Positions 62,244 to 64,000 of a DNA stretch of 64,000 nt are shown piece by piece; positions within the stretch are counted from its first letter, which is position 1; every line of letters begins with the position of its first letter. A model generated the notes under the pieces. It was given only the letters and a program-made list of their open reading frames with translations, did no database searches and was not told where the DNA came from. A program made the position numbers and the translations under genes. Source of the stretch: Chloropicon primus (lineage: Eukaryota). The DNA is taken from assembly GCA_023205875.1 (NCBI GenBank), contig CP060757.1:496001-560000 (forward strand), written 5' to 3'.

Positions 62244-63326
62244 TCAATCCGAGTTCGCCTCGACGGACTCCTTCTTCTTCTCCTTCTTCCCAAAGCCCTT
62301 GGCGGCAGCGGCGCTCTGCACCAGGGGCGTGTCCTCCAGGATCCCCTTGACGTAGACCTTCCCCTTCTCGACGAACCCGGTCTCCTTGGCGAACCTCTCG
62401 ATCTCCTCCTTGTCGCACTGCAGGATGACGTCGGTCCACTTGTCGTCGTCGCTCGTCACCATCTTGACCTTGGCCTCCTCGGTCCTCGTCCCGTTGCTCA
62501 TGTAGTACGCGTAGGACCCCGGGGTGAGGAGCAGCATGGTGTACCACCAGCTGCCCACGCTGGGGTAGATCGTGGAGAGCACGAGGGCGATGGAGGCGAG
62601 GCCGAGGAACACGTAGAACGCCAGCGCAATCCCCTGGCCCCGGTTGGCCTCGTACACGCCCTGGAAGGTGATGACCTCGCCCGTCTCCGCGATCTTGTAG
62701 TTGTACTTGGTGAAGTAGGTCGCCACGACGCTCGCGACCTCGTCCAGCCCCCCCCCCTGCGCGGGGCCGGGGACCTGGAACGTCATGCTCTTCACGGAGG
62801 CCTTGGGCGCCCGCTTGACGAGGGACCACAGCCCCGGGGCCGTCAGGACGACGAGGCCGAGGGAGGCCCAGTACGAGCCCGCGTCTCCCGCGAACGTCCC
62901 CAAGTCCGGGGAGGAAGGCAGGGAGGAAGGCAGGGAGGAAGGCAGGGCGTCGGCGAGGGCCGGGTCGCTCAGCGCGGTGGCGACAGCGTCCGCCGAGGAG
63001 GAAGGCAGGGCGTCGGCGAGGGCCGGGTCGCTCAGCGCGGTGGCGACAGCGTCCGCCGAGGAGGAAGGCAGGGCGTCGGCGAGGGCCGGGTCGCTCAGCG
63101 CGGTGGCGACAGCGTCCGCCGAGGACGAAGGCAGGGCGTCCGCAGACGCCGCCTCCTCCACGAGGGCGAGCAGGAGGAGCTCCTGCACGCCGAGCGCCGA
63201 GGAGCGGCTCCTCAGCCTCCGCGGGGCTCTGAGGCGCAGCCTCGACTGCGCGAGCCTCGGCCCGCCGATTCGCGTGACCGCCGCGTCCTTCCTCGCCAGT
63301 GGCGCAGAGCCAGCACCACCAGCCAT
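62244..63326 (-). CDS. CCB1: Cofactor assembly of complex C subunit B CCB1 (cytochrome b6f heme ci biogenesis)
   Basis: SYWASLGL....PGLWSLVKRAPK, GEVITF.GVY...RGQ, GLAS.ALVL, R.EE.KVKM, EKGKVYVKGILE; transit peptide. Confidence 0.9.
   Translation of the reverse strand: MAGGAGSAPLARKDAAVTRIGGPRLAQSRLRLRAPRRLRSRSSALGVQELLLLALVEEAASADALPSSSADAVATALSDPALADALPSSSADAVATALSDPALADALPSSSADAVATALSDPALADALPSSLPSSLPSSPDLGTFAGDAGSYWASLGLVVLTAPGLWSLVKRAPKASVKSMTFQVPGPAQGGGLDEVASVVATYFTKYNYKIAETGEVITFQGVYEANRGQGIALAFYVFLGLASIALVLSTIYPSVGSWWYTMLLLTPGSYAYYMSNGTRTEEAKVKMVTSDDDKWTDVILQCDKEEIERFAKETGFVEKGKVYVKGILEDTPLVQSAAAAKGFGKKEKKKESVEANSD
62911..63140. repeat. Coding minisatellite: three 63-bp units plus 12-bp units within the CCB1 N-terminus
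   Basis: Encodes (ADALPSSSADAVATALSDPAL)x3 followed by LPSS x3. Confidence 0.95.
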
Positions 63327-63662
63327 CGTGTGAGCGATTACCTTGCCAGTTCCTCCTGTCTTCTTGTCTTGTTGTTTTGTGGGACGCGGATTGTGGGAGT
63401 GCAGATGCTGCTGCTGCTGCTACGCGGCGCGGCGCGGCTCCTCTGTGCGTGCGGGTGTCCAAAATCCCAGACGCCTTCGCTCGCGCTCCGGTGGATGCGG
63501 GGTTCGTCGCCCTCCTCCTCGTCCCGCTTGTGGCTCACAGGAGCCCCCCCTCGGCTTGTGGATAGGGCACGGCGACGACGACGGGGGGGTCCATCTCTAT
63601 ATATTCAAGAAATTGTCGTTCATCATGTTTGTTTAAGTGTAACTTTGGTGGTACACTAAAAA

Positions 63663-63852
63663 ACCGCGTTAGCTCAGGTACGTCTCAGGAAGAAAAACCT
63701 CGCCACCCGACGTTGAATCTCCCACTGACATGCGAATTTCGTCCGATCTATGTAGTTTGGTAGAGCGCCAGACTTTTACTCTTAGTACGGGGATCTACTC
63801 TCGAAAAAGTCCAGTTATCTGGTGGTCGTGGGTTCGAGCCCCACATGCGGTG
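63663..63852 (+). tRNA. tRNA-Lys(UUU) with two introns: D-loop 63678-63755 (GT-AG) and canonical 37/38 63779-63816
   Basis: Spliced: ACCGCGT TA GCTC AG|TTTGGTA GAGC G CCAGA CTTTTA|A TCTGG TGGTC GTGGG TTCGAGC CCCAC ATGCGGT G. All four stems pair (one G-U in the acceptor stem). Confidence 0.9.
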
Positions 63853-64000
63853 TCACCGCGGCGAAACAACAGTCGCCTCTCCTCTTGCTCCGTGAGACAA
63901 AGGTTCGGTGAGAGACGTTAGTTAGACGGTCGAGAGAGAAAGAGCCGCCGGCCGTAACGCCAAAGCCGCGGCCGACGAGTACGGCGACGAGAAGACCACG

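Noticed and set aside
59716..63462. 1248-aa minus-strand ORF
   Set aside because: It spans RNASEH2C, the WD40 gene, CCB1 and microsatellites in shadow frames; an artefact of high GC and codon bias.
63741..63870. Reading the tRNA as truncated or circularly permuted
   Set aside because: A matching 5' exon (ACCGCGTTAGCTCAG) lies upstream; the downstream ACCGCG is not followed by TAGCTC.
1..64000. CRISPR arrays, rRNA or prokaryotic operons
   Set aside because: The repeats are simple microsatellites or coding minisatellites without unique spacers, and gene structure is eukaryotic.

Overview
This 64-kb window is nuclear DNA from a compact, GC-rich eukaryotic green alga. The evidence is plastid- and mitochondrion-targeted genes (CCB1, SirB, NFU, mitoferrin), short GT-AG introns with a CTGAC branch point, TGTAA near many 3' ends, a strong AGG bias for Arg and abundant GA/CT microsatellites. 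A Chloropicon-like picoalga is my inference, not something the sequence proves. It holds about 37 protein-coding genes, including several flagellum-type genes. The most striking item is a tRNA-Lys(UUU) gene at 63663-63852. It folds into a complete cloverleaf only after removing two introns: a canonical 37/38 intron and a 78-nt D-loop intron with spliceosomal hallmarks (GTACGT...CACTGAC...TGTAG) that splits the internal box A promoter. Other notable items are a foreign-looking intronless ORF with tandem PD-(D/E)XK-like motifs and an E2F/CHR-like promoter, three candidate bicistronic or fusion gene pairs, a catalytically degenerate MT-A70 protein, and a chimeric tandem duplication of the NFU and F-box 3' ends. 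Family assignments come from motif recognition by eye; no database search was run.
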